A stretch of 64,000 nt of DNA, taken from an uncultured Actinomycetota bacterium (lineage in GTDB: Bacteria > Actinomycetota > UBA4738 > HRBIN12). The stretch's first letter is position 1. The number at the start of each line of letters is the position of its first letter. The position numbers and the translations under genes are program-made. Positions 27,644-37,383 of the stretch are shown piece by piece. Location of the stretch: positions 218,568-282,567 of the forward strand of contig CAWBIH010000002.1 in the NCBI GenBank assembly GCA_963788925.1, given 5' to 3'. The notes beneath the pieces were generated by a model, which was not told where the DNA came from, did no database searches, and saw only the letters and a list, made by a program, of their open reading frames with translations.

Positions 27644-30190
27644 CTAGCTTTCCTCGCCGGCGGTGACCGGCTCGGGCACCGTCTCCTCAACCACCGCGAC
27701 CTTCGGCTTCGCCGCGGTCGTCGTCTTCGCCGCGGTCTTCTTGGTCGCGGGCGCCTTCTTCTTCGTCGACTTCTTCTTCTTGGCGGCCGTCTTCCCGGCC
27801 GGGGCCTTCCTCGAGGCCGCGGTCTTCTTCTTCGGGGCGCGCGCGGCCGCTCGTGACTTCCGCGCCTCGGCCTTGGCCGCGCGCGACGCCGCCTCTGCCT
27901 CGAGATCCCCCGACTTGGTCACCTTCATGTCGAGATCCACTTCGGCTCCGCAGTGCCAACAGCGAAGGCTCTTCGGTCGGCGGAGGAGCAGGCCGCCGCA
28001 CTCGGGGCACGGGATGTCCTTCTCCGGTGGGTTGTTCACGGCGCAATCGCAGTCGGGGTATCGCTCGCACCCGTACATCAGCCCGAAGCGAGTGCGCTTC
28101 TCGACCAGCTCGCCCTGGCCGCATTGCGGGCAGGTCACCCCGGTGCTCTTGGGCGGCTCCTTCTTGATGTAGCGGCAGTCCGGGTACCCGCTGCAGCCGA
28201 CGAACGGCCCGAAGCGGCCGACCTTCTTCACCAGCTGCCGTCCGCAGTCGGGGCACTTCTCATCGAGCAGCTCGGGCTCCGGCCGCTCGGTCCCGTCGAG
28301 GTTCCTGATGTAGTCGCAGTCCGGGAAGTTCTCGCATCCGATGAACTTCCCGAACCTGCCAAGCCGCACCTGCAGGCGCCCGGGTGTGCGGCCCTCGGTC
28401 GGACACTTCGGACAGAGCTCTTCGGTCTCCTCGAGGTAGCGCTCCCACTTCTCCTCGGCCAGGAGCAAGGACTCGGAGAACGGGTCGTAGAAGTCCCGGA
28501 GGACCTTCGACCGCGTGGCCTTGCCCTCCGCGATGTCGTCCAGCTCCTCCTCCATCCGAGCGGTGAAGTGGACGTCGACGATGTCGGGGAAGTGCTGGAC
28601 CAGCCGGTCGGTGACGACCTCGGCGACGTCCTCCGGCATGAACCGCTTCTGCTCGAGGCGGACGTAGTTGCGGGCCTGGATCGTCTGGATGATCGACGCG
28701 TACGTCGAGGGTCGCCCGATCCCGAGCTCCTCGAGCGTCTTCACCAGCGTCGCCTCCGTGTAGCGCGGCGGCGGCTGCGTGAAGTGCTGCTCGGGCAGGA
28801 CCTCGAGGAGCTTCAGGAGTTGCTCGGCCGCGAGCTCGGGCAGGCGCGACTCGGCATCCTCGTCCGGCCCCTCGTCGCGTCCCTCGGTGTAGACACGGAT
28901 GAAACCGTCGAACACCATCGTCTGGCCGGTCGCTCGCAGGCCGTAGGTCGCGTCCCCGTCGACGGCCTGGATGTCGACGCCCACCTGGTCGAAGCGTGCT
29001 TCGGCCATCTGCGTGGCCACGGTCCGCTTCCAGATCAGGTCGTAGAGCCGCAGCTGATCGCGATCGAGTGCGGCCGCGACCCGCGCAGGTGTGCGGAGCA
29101 CCGACGTCGGACGGATCGCCTCGTGTGCCTCCTGCGCATTCCTGGACCTGGTCTTGTAGCGGCGATGCTCGGCGAGCGAGTAGGGGCCGCCGTACTCGAC
29201 CTTGACGAGTTCCGCGATCTCGCGAAGCGCGGTCTCGGCGACGTTCACCGAGTCGGTCCGCATGTACGTGATGAGGCCGACCGAGCCCTCACCCGGCAGG
29301 CTGACGCCCTCGTACAGGCGCTGGGCGAGCGTCATCGTCTTGCGCGCGGAGAAGCCGAGCTTCCGGGCGGCCTCCTGCTGGAGCGTCGAGGTGGTGAACG
29401 GGGGCGCCGGCGAGCGCTTCCGCTCCTTCCGCTGGACGTCGGTGACCTGATAGGTGGCTCGGCCGAGCCGATCGACGTGCGGGGTGGCGTCTGTTTCGGC
29501 ACCGAGCAGGATGCCCTTCTTCTCCGGGGCGGTCGCGAGCTTGCCCTCGGGGATCTCGGTGAGACGCGCCACGAACGGCAGCTCTTCACCGTCCGGCGTG
29601 AGCCGGACGTCGATGCTCCAGTACTCGACCGGGTTGAAGGCCCGGATCTCACGTTCGCGCTCCACGATCAACCGCACGGCGACCGACTGCACGCGGCCGG
29701 CGGACAGACCGGGCCGCACTCGCCTCCACAGGATGGGGCTGATGCGGTAGCCCACCAGCCGGTCGAGCACGCGCCGAGCCTCCTGGGCATCGAAGAGCTC
29801 TGAGTCGATCGGGCGAGGATGCTGCACCGCCTCGAGGATCGCGTCGCGGGTGATCTCGGTGAACGCGATGCGCTTCGTCTCACGGGGATCGAGACCGAGC
29901 AGGGTCGCCACGTGGAACGCGATCGCCTCTCCCTCGCGGTCGTAGTCGGTGGCGAGGATCAGGTCACTCGCCCCCTTCATCGCCCGCTTCAGGTCGGCGA
30001 CGTGCTTCTTCGAGTCCTCCGGCACCTCGTAGGTCACGCCGAAGTCTTTCTCCACGTCGACGCCGAGCTGGCTCTTGGGCAGGTCCCGGACATGCCCGAA
30101 GGAAGCCCGGACGGCATAGTCGTCGCCCAGGTACTTCTCGATGGTCTTCGCCTTGGCAGGCGATTCGACGATGACGAGGGTTCCTGGCAT
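27644..30190 (-). CDS. topA: DNA topoisomerase I with four C-terminal C4 zinc ribbons and a Lys/Ala-rich basic tail
   Basis: Start at the ATG at 30190 (MPGTLVIVESPAKAKT). TOPRIM and catalytic Tyr region present. Four CxxC-x(16-20)-CxxC modules, then a KKKK/AAK low-complexity tail. Confidence 0.9.
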   Translation of the reverse strand: MPGTLVIVESPAKAKTIEKYLGDDYAVRASFGHVRDLPKSQLGVDVEKDFGVTYEVPEDSKKHVADLKRAMKGASDLILATDYDREGEAIAFHVATLLGLDPRETKRIAFTEITRDAILEAVQHPRPIDSELFDAQEARRVLDRLVGYRISPILWRRVRPGLSAGRVQSVAVRLIVEREREIRAFNPVEYWSIDVRLTPDGEELPFVARLTEIPEGKLATAPEKKGILLGAETDATPHVDRLGRATYQVTDVQRKERKRSPAPPFTTSTLQQEAARKLGFSARKTMTLAQRLYEGVSLPGEGSVGLITYMRTDSVNVAETALREIAELVKVEYGGPYSLAEHRRYKTRSRNAQEAHEAIRPTSVLRTPARVAAALDRDQLRLYDLIWKRTVATQMAEARFDQVGVDIQAVDGDATYGLRATGQTMVFDGFIRVYTEGRDEGPDEDAESRLPELAAEQLLKLLEVLPEQHFTQPPPRYTEATLVKTLEELGIGRPSTYASIIQTIQARNYVRLEQKRFMPEDVAEVVTDRLVQHFPDIVDVHFTARMEEELDDIAEGKATRSKVLRDFYDPFSESLLLAEEKWERYLEETEELCPKCPTEGRTPGRLQVRLGRFGKFIGCENFPDCDYIRNLDGTERPEPELLDEKCPDCGRQLVKKVGRFGPFVGCSGYPDCRYIKKEPPKSTGVTCPQCGQGELVEKRTRFGLMYGCERYPDCDCAVNNPPEKDIPCPECGGLLLRRPKSLRCWHCGAEVDLDMKVTKSGDLEAEAASRAAKAEARKSRAAARAPKKKTAASRKAPAGKTAAKKKKSTKKKAPATKKTAAKTTTAAKPKVAVVEETVPEPVTAGEES

Positions 30191-30389
30191 ATCGATTTCA
30201 GCTTCTTTCAGGAGATGTTGTCGGGTGCTGTCAAGGCGACCTCGCTGGGGACGGTACCACCGGCCTCGGGGGCCTCCAGGGAGCATCGGCCGAGCTCTCG
30301 AGCGACATGAGCACCGGGCGCCACCGCTCCAGAGCCTCTGGAACGCACTGGTACGCTGCCTCTATTCCCGCACCGGAAGGCGTCGCTGC

Positions 30390-31058
30390 GTGCTCGCGAT
30401 CCTCAACGATCTCATCACGAACCTGATCGGCGACTACGGCTACCTGGCCGTCTTCCTCCTCATGGTGCTCGAGTCGGCCTGCGTCCCGGTCCCCTCGGAG
30501 GTCACGATGCTCTTCGGGGGCGCACTCGCGAGCGCCGCGTTCGCCGGCGCGGGGCAGGAGCTCGACTTCGCGGCCGTGGGGCTGCTCGGGACGGCGGGGA
30601 ACCTCGTCGGGTCCTGGCTGGCGTACTGGGCGGGCTACGCAGGCGGGCGGCCGCTGGTGGACCGGTTCGGCAGGTATCTGTTGGTGCTCCCCCACGAGGT
30701 CGACCGCGCGCATGTCTGGTTCGAGCGGCGAGGCGAGCTGGCGGTCTTCGTCTCCAGGCTCCTCCCCGTGATCCGCACCTTCATCTCTTTGCCGGCGGGG
30801 GTGGCGCGGATGCCGTTCTGGCGGTTCACTCTCTACACGGTGCTCGGATGTCTGCCGTGGACGTTCGCGCTCGCATGGCTCGGATACGCCCTCGGCGAGA
30901 ACTGGACGAAGGTCGAGGCCGTCCTGCAGCCCATCGCGTGGGCGATCGCGGCGGTCGTCCTGGTGGTCGGCGTGTGGTGGGTGTCCCGCCGATATCGCAA
31001 GGTGCGCGCCGCCTATGCCGAGCTCGACCGAGCCGCCGAAGGACCGATCGCGGAGTAG
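30390..31058 (+). CDS. DedA/SNARE-associated family membrane protein
   Basis: GTG start at 30390 with a GGAAGG site upstream. DedA-type motifs present (LESACVPVPSEV, FVSRLLPVIRTFISLPAG). Confidence 0.7.
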   Translation: MLAILNDLITNLIGDYGYLAVFLLMVLESACVPVPSEVTMLFGGALASAAFAGAGQELDFAAVGLLGTAGNLVGSWLAYWAGYAGGRPLVDRFGRYLLVLPHEVDRAHVWFERRGELAVFVSRLLPVIRTFISLPAGVARMPFWRFTLYTVLGCLPWTFALAWLGYALGENWTKVEAVLQPIAWAIAAVVLVVGVWWVSRRYRKVRAAYAELDRAAEGPIAE

Positions 31059-31077
31059 GTCCGTCGATCCGGGACTG

Positions 31078-32058
31078 CTACGACCGAGCGCCGGGCGCGT
31101 AGCCCAGCTCGACGTCGACGACGTTCCGCAGCGGCTCCCCGGCGACGAACTGCCGGAGGTTGTCGACGAAGAGCGCCACGACGTCCGACTTCCACCCCTC
31201 GTGATCGCCGGCGCGGTGCGGCGACACCAGGACGTTCGGCATCCGCCAGAGGGGATCCTCGGCGGGGAGCGGTTCCTCCTCGAAGACGTCGAGCGCCGCG
31301 CCGGCGAGCACGCCGCCGCGCAGCGCTTGGATCAGCGCCGGCTCGTCGACCGTCGCCCCGCGGCCGATGTTCACGAACAGGGCGGTCGGCTTCATCGAGG
31401 CGAACTGGGACGAGCCGAACATGCGGTGGGTCGCCGGCGTGATCGGGAGCACGTTCACGACGTGGTCGGCCCTCGCCAGCTCCGCCTCCAGGGCATCGGG
31501 ACCAACGATCGACTCGAAGACGTCATCGGCCGGCCGGGCGGTGCGTGCGACCCCGCGCACGCGCAGCCCGACCGACCGGAGCAGTCGTCCCGTCTCGGTC
31601 CCGATCGAACCGGCGCCGACGATCAGCACGGTCGTCCCTCTGAGCAGCGCGATCCGCTCCGACGGCCAGTCACCCGGCGAGAGCCGCGCGTCCTCGAGGA
31701 TCCGCGCGGAGAACGCCAGCAGGAACCCGAGCACCGATTCCGCGAGGCCGGGATCGTAGACGCCGGCGGCGTTGGTGAGGACGACACCGTGTGCGCGGAG
31801 CTCGGGGAACGCGAGATCCTCGACCCCCGCCGAGATCGACTGGATCCATCGCAGACGCGGCGCGCGCGGGATGACGTTCCGCAGGCCCGGCCGGTCGAAG
31901 TTCCACGCGAAGATCACGTCGACCCGGTCCAGATGGGGCGCCAACTCGTCGACTCCGCGCACGCGGACGACGCGGGCAAGCTCCTCCACGGCGTCCAAGT
32001 CGGGAGGGCGGCGGTCGACCGCGTCGACGAGCGCGACGAGCGGACGACCGTCCTCCAC
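31078..32058 (-). CDS. D-isomer-specific 2-hydroxyacid dehydrogenase (NAD-binding)
   Basis: GTG start at 32058 overlaps the upstream stop (TAGTG). NAD-binding motif GAGSIGTETGR and catalytic His/Glu/Arg context present. The N-terminal 112 aa of the 438-aa track ORF are Arg-rich junk. Confidence 0.75.
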   Translation of the reverse strand: MEDGRPLVALVDAVDRRPPDLDAVEELARVVRVRGVDELAPHLDRVDVIFAWNFDRPGLRNVIPRAPRLRWIQSISAGVEDLAFPELRAHGVVLTNAAGVYDPGLAESVLGFLLAFSARILEDARLSPGDWPSERIALLRGTTVLIVGAGSIGTETGRLLRSVGLRVRGVARTARPADDVFESIVGPDALEAELARADHVVNVLPITPATHRMFGSSQFASMKPTALFVNIGRGATVDEPALIQALRGGVLAGAALDVFEEEPLPAEDPLWRMPNVLVSPHRAGDHEGWKSDVVALFVDNLRQFVAGEPLRNVVDVELGYAPGARS

Positions 32059-32537
32059 TACAGGTTGGACAGCATCGTCCAGGATTCGCCGGACTCGCCG
32101 ATCTTCTCGAACCCGGCCCGCTGGTACATCATCCGCGAGCGGTTGTGGACGGCGACCGACAACGACAGAGCCTGGAACCCTTCCTCGCGGGCTTGGACGA
32201 TGCAGGAGCGAAGCAGCGCCTGACCGATCCCCTTCCGCCGGTGCAGCGGGGCGACCGCGATGCTCAGCTCGGGTGTCTTCTCGTTCACGAATCCGAGCCC
32301 GGGCATCTCCTCGGTGAACACCCGGTACCACGCGGCGCCGACGGGCTCCCCGTCGATCTCCGCGATCACGCCGCCGTCGCCCTCGCGTCCCCAATCCTCG
32401 TGATAGCGACGGAGGCTGGGCTCATCGAGGAACTCCTCGATCGACTCCCGCGGCCAATCCGGATTCCAGCGAGCGGCCTCGTAGAGCATCGTCCCGATGA
32501 AGTCGGCGTCGTCCTTGGTCGCAGGCCGGATGTTCAC
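32058..32537 (-). CDS. GNAT-family N-acetyltransferase
   Basis: Acetyl-CoA-binding motif (HRRKGIGQALL). GTG start chosen at 32537. Confidence 0.7.
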   Translation of the reverse strand: MNIRPATKDDADFIGTMLYEAARWNPDWPRESIEEFLDEPSLRRYHEDWGREGDGGVIAEIDGEPVGAAWYRVFTEEMPGLGFVNEKTPELSIAVAPLHRRKGIGQALLRSCIVQAREEGFQALSLSVAVHNRSRMMYQRAGFEKIGESGESWTMLSNL

Positions 32538-32541
32538 GTGG

Positions 32542-34925
32542 CTAGCGTACCTCGGGGCTCGACGGTGCCCTTGGGCTCGACGGCGCCTCGTTGCCGGCAC
32601 CATGGATCGTCTCCGGCGCCGCGAGGTGGAACGGGACGCTCGTGACGACGACGTCCGGCTCGAAGAGCAGGATCCTCTTGAAGAACAGGGCCGACTGGTT
32701 GTGGAGCAGGTTCTGCCACCAGTGCTCCGGCACCAGCTCCGGGAGGACGACGGTCACGACCGTGTCGCCGCGGGCCGTTCGGCTCCGGATCTCCTCCAGC
32801 AGCGGGGGACCGAGGTCGCGGAAGGGCGCCTCGATCAGCACGAGCGGGACGTCCATCCGCCGGTCGTGCCAGCCCTCGACCACCTTCGGGATCTCCTCGG
32901 GGTCGGTGGCCATGTGGATGGCTTCGACCGAGGAGGGTTGGAGCGACTTCGCGTAGATGACCGCGCGCACGGTGGCGTCGTGCACGGTGGAGACGGGCAC
33001 GATGACCTCGCTCCGGGGCCGTTCGACCGGACGCGCCCCTGCGGCGGGGTGCGGCTCCCCCGGCACCAGCGGGACGTTGGTCACCACGATGCCGGGTTGG
33101 AACAGCAACGACGTCTTCAGCAGGAACGTCGTCCGTTGCCGGACGAGCTGCATGAGCGATCCGGACGACACCACCTCGGGGATCACGATCGTGACGAAGT
33201 CCGTCTCGAACCGTCGGTCCTTCAGGAAACGACGGACGGCGCGGACCGGGTGCTCCTCCCCGCGCGCCAGCAGCTCGAGGTCGTCATAGCGTGGAGCGAA
33301 GCGGCGCCACGTCTCGCGCGCCTCCTCGAACCCCTCCTCCGGCCCGACCCAAAGGGCGACCAGCTCCTGGCAGCGGATCGTGAAGAGGTAGGAGACGGCG
33401 TCGATCGTGGCGGGTCCGAAGTCGCCGACCAGGAGCACGAACGAGTTCGACGCCGTGACGTCGCCGGTGAGCCGGCCGGCGGCGAGCAGGCGCCCGATCC
33501 GCCGGTAGTGACGGTTGATCAGCAGGAAGAGGGTCACGATGATCACGGGGATCGCGACGATCACGACCACGTGCGCACCCAGGAGGAACTTCGTGATCGT
33601 GGCGACCACGAGCACGATGCCCGGTGACGAGCGGCGCCCGACGCCGTTCAGGGTCGCGCGCCAACGCCAGCCGGCCCCCTTCAGCCGGAACCAGCGCCGG
33701 ACCATCCCCGCCTGCGAAAGCGTGAACGCCGTGAAGACGCCGATCACGTAGAGCTGGATCAGGCGTGTCAGCTGCGCATCGTAGTGCCAGATCAAGAGCG
33801 ATCGCGAGCGCGGCGAGCACGATGACACCGTTCGAGAACACGAGGCGGTCGCCTCGGTTCCGGAATTGGCTCGGCATGAAGCTGATCTCGCGCGAGGATC
33901 GACGAGAGTCGCGGGAAGTCCTGGAACGCGGTGTTCGCAGCGAGGATGAGGATCCCCGCGGTGAAGACCTGCAGCACGAAGAACCACAGCGCCGCCGCCC
34001 GAAGATCGCGTCGCCGATGAGGGAGAGCACGGATCGGCGATTTCGCCATCTCCTCGGTGATCCGAACGTCGAGAAGACGCGGACAGGACGGTGATGCCGA
34101 GGAACAGCACCGTCGCGAGCGCGCCCATGATGGCGAGCGTCGCGGCGGCGTTCTTCGCTTGTGGTCGCCGGAAGGCCTGGACGCCGTCGGCGACCGCCTC
34201 GACGCCGGTGAGCGCCGAGGCACCCGAAGAGAACGCACGCAGCAGCAGGAACAGGGTCACGGTCGTCACCGGCTCGATGGGGAGCGTTGGCGGTGTCCGC
34301 CACGTGGCATTCCGACAAACATTGGAAGAGCCCGGTCAGGATCGTGCGCCGCCACGATCGCGACGAAGCCGTACGTCGGGATCGCGAAGAGGGCGCCGGC
34401 CTCCTTCACGCCGCGGAGGTTCGCCGCCGTGACGAGAGATCACGAGCAGGGATGCGATCAGGACCTGGTGTTTCTCGAGGGAGGGAGCCGCCGAGGTGAT
34501 CGCGACCGTGCCCGCCGTCACCGACACGGCGACGGTCAGCACGTAGTCCGTGAGGATCGCGGCCGCGGCGACCAGGCCGGGCACCGTCCCCAGGTTCTCG
34601 CGGGCGACGATGTACGAGCCGCCACCGCGCGGGTAGGCGCGCACCGTCTGCCGGTACGAGGTCACGACGATCGCGAGGAGGGCGGCGATCGCGATCGCGA
34701 TGGGGAGCCGGTACGAGAGCGCCGCGGCCCCGGCCAGTGACGAGGACGAGCATCATCTCCTCGGTGGCGTACGCCACCGAGGAGAGGGTGTCCGAGGAGA
34801 AGACCGGCAGCGCGAGCGATCTTCGGGAGGAGCTGGTGCTCCTGGGAGTAGATCGACAGAGCCCGCCCGAGCAGGAGGCGCTTCAGTGCGCTGCCGACAC
34901 GGGCACCGTCGGTCTTCGTCGACAT
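32542..34925 (-). pseudogene. APC-superfamily-like permease with a large cytoplasmic C-terminal domain (Rv2690c-like, putative partner of the TrkA pair), broken by at least 4-5 frame breaks
   Basis: Permease-like segments lie in different minus frames (34662..34925, 34336..34665, 33792..34238, 32542..34269), for example AYPRGGGSYIVARENLG and LWFFVLQVFTAGILILAANTAFQDFPRLSSILARDQ. The C-terminal ~300 aa are intact. From memory, Mtb Rv2690c sits next to ceoB/ceoC. Confidence 0.55.
34759..34782. repeat. perfect 24-bp palindrome CCTCGGTGGCGTACGCCACCGAGG at a frame-break site in the disrupted permease
   Basis: Read directly from the sequence; it is exactly self-complementary. Confidence 0.9.
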
Positions 34926-34935
34926 CCGACGGATG

Positions 34936-35634
34936 CTACGACTCGGCGCCCGAAGCTTCCGCGATCCACCGGTAGCCCACGCCGGGTTCCGTGACGATCA
35001 ACTGCGGCGCCTGCGCATCGTCGCCCAGCTTCTTCCGAAGAGCCCGGACGTAGGTCCGCAGATACGTGGTCTCCGTGCCGTAGCCCTGGCCCCACACCTT
35101 CCGCAGGAGCCACTGGTGCGTGAGGAGCTTCCCGGGATTGGTCACCAGCGCCTCGAGGAGCAGGTATTCGGTCGGCGTGAGACGGAGTGGGTCGCCGTCG
35201 AGCGTCACGAGCCGACGGCCGAGGTCGATCTCGAGCGAGCCGTAGCGCATCGAGGGTGCGGGCGGCTCGCCGGGCTGCGCCCGGCGCATCGCCGCCCGCG
35301 CCCTCGCCAGCAGCTCCTCCATCGCGAACGGCTTCGTGACGTAGTCGTCCGCCCCGGCGTCCAGCGCCGCCACCTTGTCGTGCTGGCCGTCCCGGACGGA
35401 CAGCACGATGATCGGCATCTCGGTGAATCCGCGAACGCGCCGGATCACCTCGGTCCCGTCGAGGTCCGGGAGCCCGAGGTCCAGGAGCATCAGCTCCGGG
35501 GCGATCTCGGCGGCGCCGATCACCGCCTCCTCGCCGGTGCCGACCGTCTGCACCTCGTAGCCGTGGGCCTCCAGGCTCGTGCGCAAGGCACGACGGATCT
35601 GTGGCTCGTCATCGACCACCAGCACTCGGTTCAC
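34936..35634 (-). CDS. OmpR-family response regulator (KdpE-like)
   Basis: 232 aa. REC domain plus a winged-helix output (TPTEYLLLEALVTNPGKLLTHQWLLRKVWG). Overlaps the kinase stop by 4 nt. Confidence 0.85.
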   Translation of the reverse strand: MNRVLVVDDEPQIRRALRTSLEAHGYEVQTVGTGEEAVIGAAEIAPELMLLDLGLPDLDGTEVIRRVRGFTEMPIIVLSVRDGQHDKVAALDAGADDYVTKPFAMEELLARARAAMRRAQPGEPPAPSMRYGSLEIDLGRRLVTLDGDPLRLTPTEYLLLEALVTNPGKLLTHQWLLRKVWGQGYGTETTYLRTYVRALRKKLGDDAQAPQLIVTEPGVGYRWIAEASGAES

Positions 35635-37076
35635 GGCCCGTCATCCTCGCCGGGGATCTCGAAGGCGACCACGCAGCCCCCACCGGGGTTGTCCTCGATC
35701 CAGATCCGCCCGCCGTGGGCCACGACCACGGCCTTCGAGATCGCGAGACCCAGGCCGCTCCCCGGTGTCTCGGGGCTCGACGAGCCACGGTAGAAGGCCT
35801 CGAAGACCCGATCTCGCTCGTCGAACGGGATGCCGGGACCCTCGTCGCTGACCCGGACCTGGACGGCGCCGTGCATCCACAGGACGCTCACCCGGATCTC
35901 GCTCCCCTTGGGCGCATGCCTCCCGGCATTCTCGAGGAGGTTCGTGAGCACCTGGTCGAGCTGGACGGGGTCGACCGAGACATCGGGAAGCGTCGCCGGG
36001 AGATCCGCGGTGACGACGTGGTCCGCGAGCCGCGAACGCATCCTCGCGAGCACGACCTCGACGATCTCATCCATCGCACCGGGTTGGCGGGTCGGCGTGA
36101 GCGCGCCGGCCCGGATCCGAGCCAGGTCGAGCAGGTTGCCGACCAACCGGTTCAGGCGGTCGGTCTCCTCCAGGATCGTCGTCAGCAGCTCCCGCTCCTG
36201 CGTGGGGTCGTGCCGGACCGCGGAGTCCAGGAGGCTCGTCACGCCCGCTTTGATGGATGCCAAGGGCGTGCGAAGGTCGTGCGTGACCGAGGAGAACATC
36301 GCCGCGCGCAGCTGGTTGGTCTCGGCATCGAGCTGCGCGTTCCGCGCTCGCGCGTCCAGCCGGGCGCGGTCGAGCGCCGCCGTGGCCTGGCGCGCGGCCG
36401 CCTCGAGCAGGAGTTGGTCGTCGCGGGAGAACGGCCGGCCCCCTGCCGGCCGCTCCGCGACGAGCGTGCCGATGGGCGCATCCCCGGCGAGGAGCCTCAC
36501 GGACGTGCGTGGGCCCCCGGCCGCCGCTTCCCCGTTGGCTCGCGCGACGGCGCGCATGTCCGTTCCGTCCAGGGTCGCGTCGATCTCGACCTTCGAGAGG
36601 GCGAACGGCTCCATCAGCACGGAGGCGAACTCATCGAGGACGCGATCGGGCACCTCTCTCGTGTGCAGCGTGCTCGAGAGCGTCCCGAGGAAGCGCGCCT
36701 CCCGCTCCCGGCGCGAGGCGCGCGCCCGGTCCTCGCTGGCCTGACCGACCAGCAGACCCACGACGAGCGCCACGGACAGGAACACGACGCCGGTCGCGAT
36801 GTCCTCCACGGAGTCCAGGCGGAACGTGAGCTGCGGATCGACCACCACCAGCGGGCGGATGGTCGATGCGAGGATCCCGGCGACGAGGCCGCTCCAGAGC
36901 CCTCCGGCCACGGCGGCGATCACGACCGCGAGCATGAACACCGCGATCGAGATCTCAGGTCTCGAGGGGGCGATCGGGTACGCCACCACCGTCGCGATCG
37001 AAGGCGCGAGCACGCCGATCACGATCCCCCGGACCGTGACCTTGGCGCTGACCTCGGCCTCGCCTTCCTCGCTCAC
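35631..37076 (-). CDS. sensor histidine kinase, KdpD C-terminal-like (4-TM DUF4118-type domain - GAF-like - HisKA - HATPase_c), lacking the KdpD N-terminal sensor and USP domains
   Basis: GTG start at 37076. H-box SSVTHDLRTPL plus N, G1 and G2 boxes. Four TM helices at the N-terminus. Confidence 0.8.
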   Translation of the reverse strand: MSEEGEAEVSAKVTVRGIVIGVLAPSIATVVAYPIAPSRPEISIAVFMLAVVIAAVAGGLWSGLVAGILASTIRPLVVVDPQLTFRLDSVEDIATGVVFLSVALVVGLLVGQASEDRARASRREREARFLGTLSSTLHTREVPDRVLDEFASVLMEPFALSKVEIDATLDGTDMRAVARANGEAAAGGPRTSVRLLAGDAPIGTLVAERPAGGRPFSRDDQLLLEAAARQATAALDRARLDARARNAQLDAETNQLRAAMFSSVTHDLRTPLASIKAGVTSLLDSAVRHDPTQERELLTTILEETDRLNRLVGNLLDLARIRAGALTPTRQPGAMDEIVEVVLARMRSRLADHVVTADLPATLPDVSVDPVQLDQVLTNLLENAGRHAPKGSEIRVSVLWMHGAVQVRVSDEGPGIPFDERDRVFEAFYRGSSSPETPGSGLGLAISKAVVVAHGGRIWIEDNPGGGCVVAFEIPGEDDGP

Positions 37077-37081
37077 GACGA

Positions 37082-37149
37082 CTTCACGCTAAGCCCCTTT
37101 CACGGGATCTTCACGCCTCGGGAGGGATCCTTCACGCTTCCCTCACGCC
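37082..37149. promoter_or_regulatory. array of four or five direct CTTCACGC / TCACGC repeats in the divergent promoter region between the KdpD-like kinase and trkA
   Basis: Copies at 37082, 37098 (TTCACGG), 37109, 37130 and 37142. Spacings of about 21-27 bp place them on the same helical face. Candidate response-regulator binding sites. Confidence 0.4.
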
Positions 37150-37383
37150 GCTGTCTCGAAGATGCAAACAGAGGAACCCATCCTCCGAGTTATATCCGGG
37201 GGGTCGACAGCTCCCTCCAGTTGTCGGACCTCCGGATCCGTCCTCATCATTCGGGCCCGCTCTGCGGGCCCGAACTCTTTCCCGGGCCGTCCGACCGACC
37301 CGGGACCCTCCCCCTCGATACAGGATCCCCTTCGGCAGGGTCCTTGGTGGCCGCTCCGGCACCGGGGTAGGCTTCTTGGCCTT

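Noticed and set aside
27660-27860. AAG/GCC-rich repetitive DNA at the 3' end of topA
   Set aside because: It encodes the Lys/Ala-rich C-terminal tail of TopA. It is coding low-complexity sequence, not a mobile or satellite repeat.
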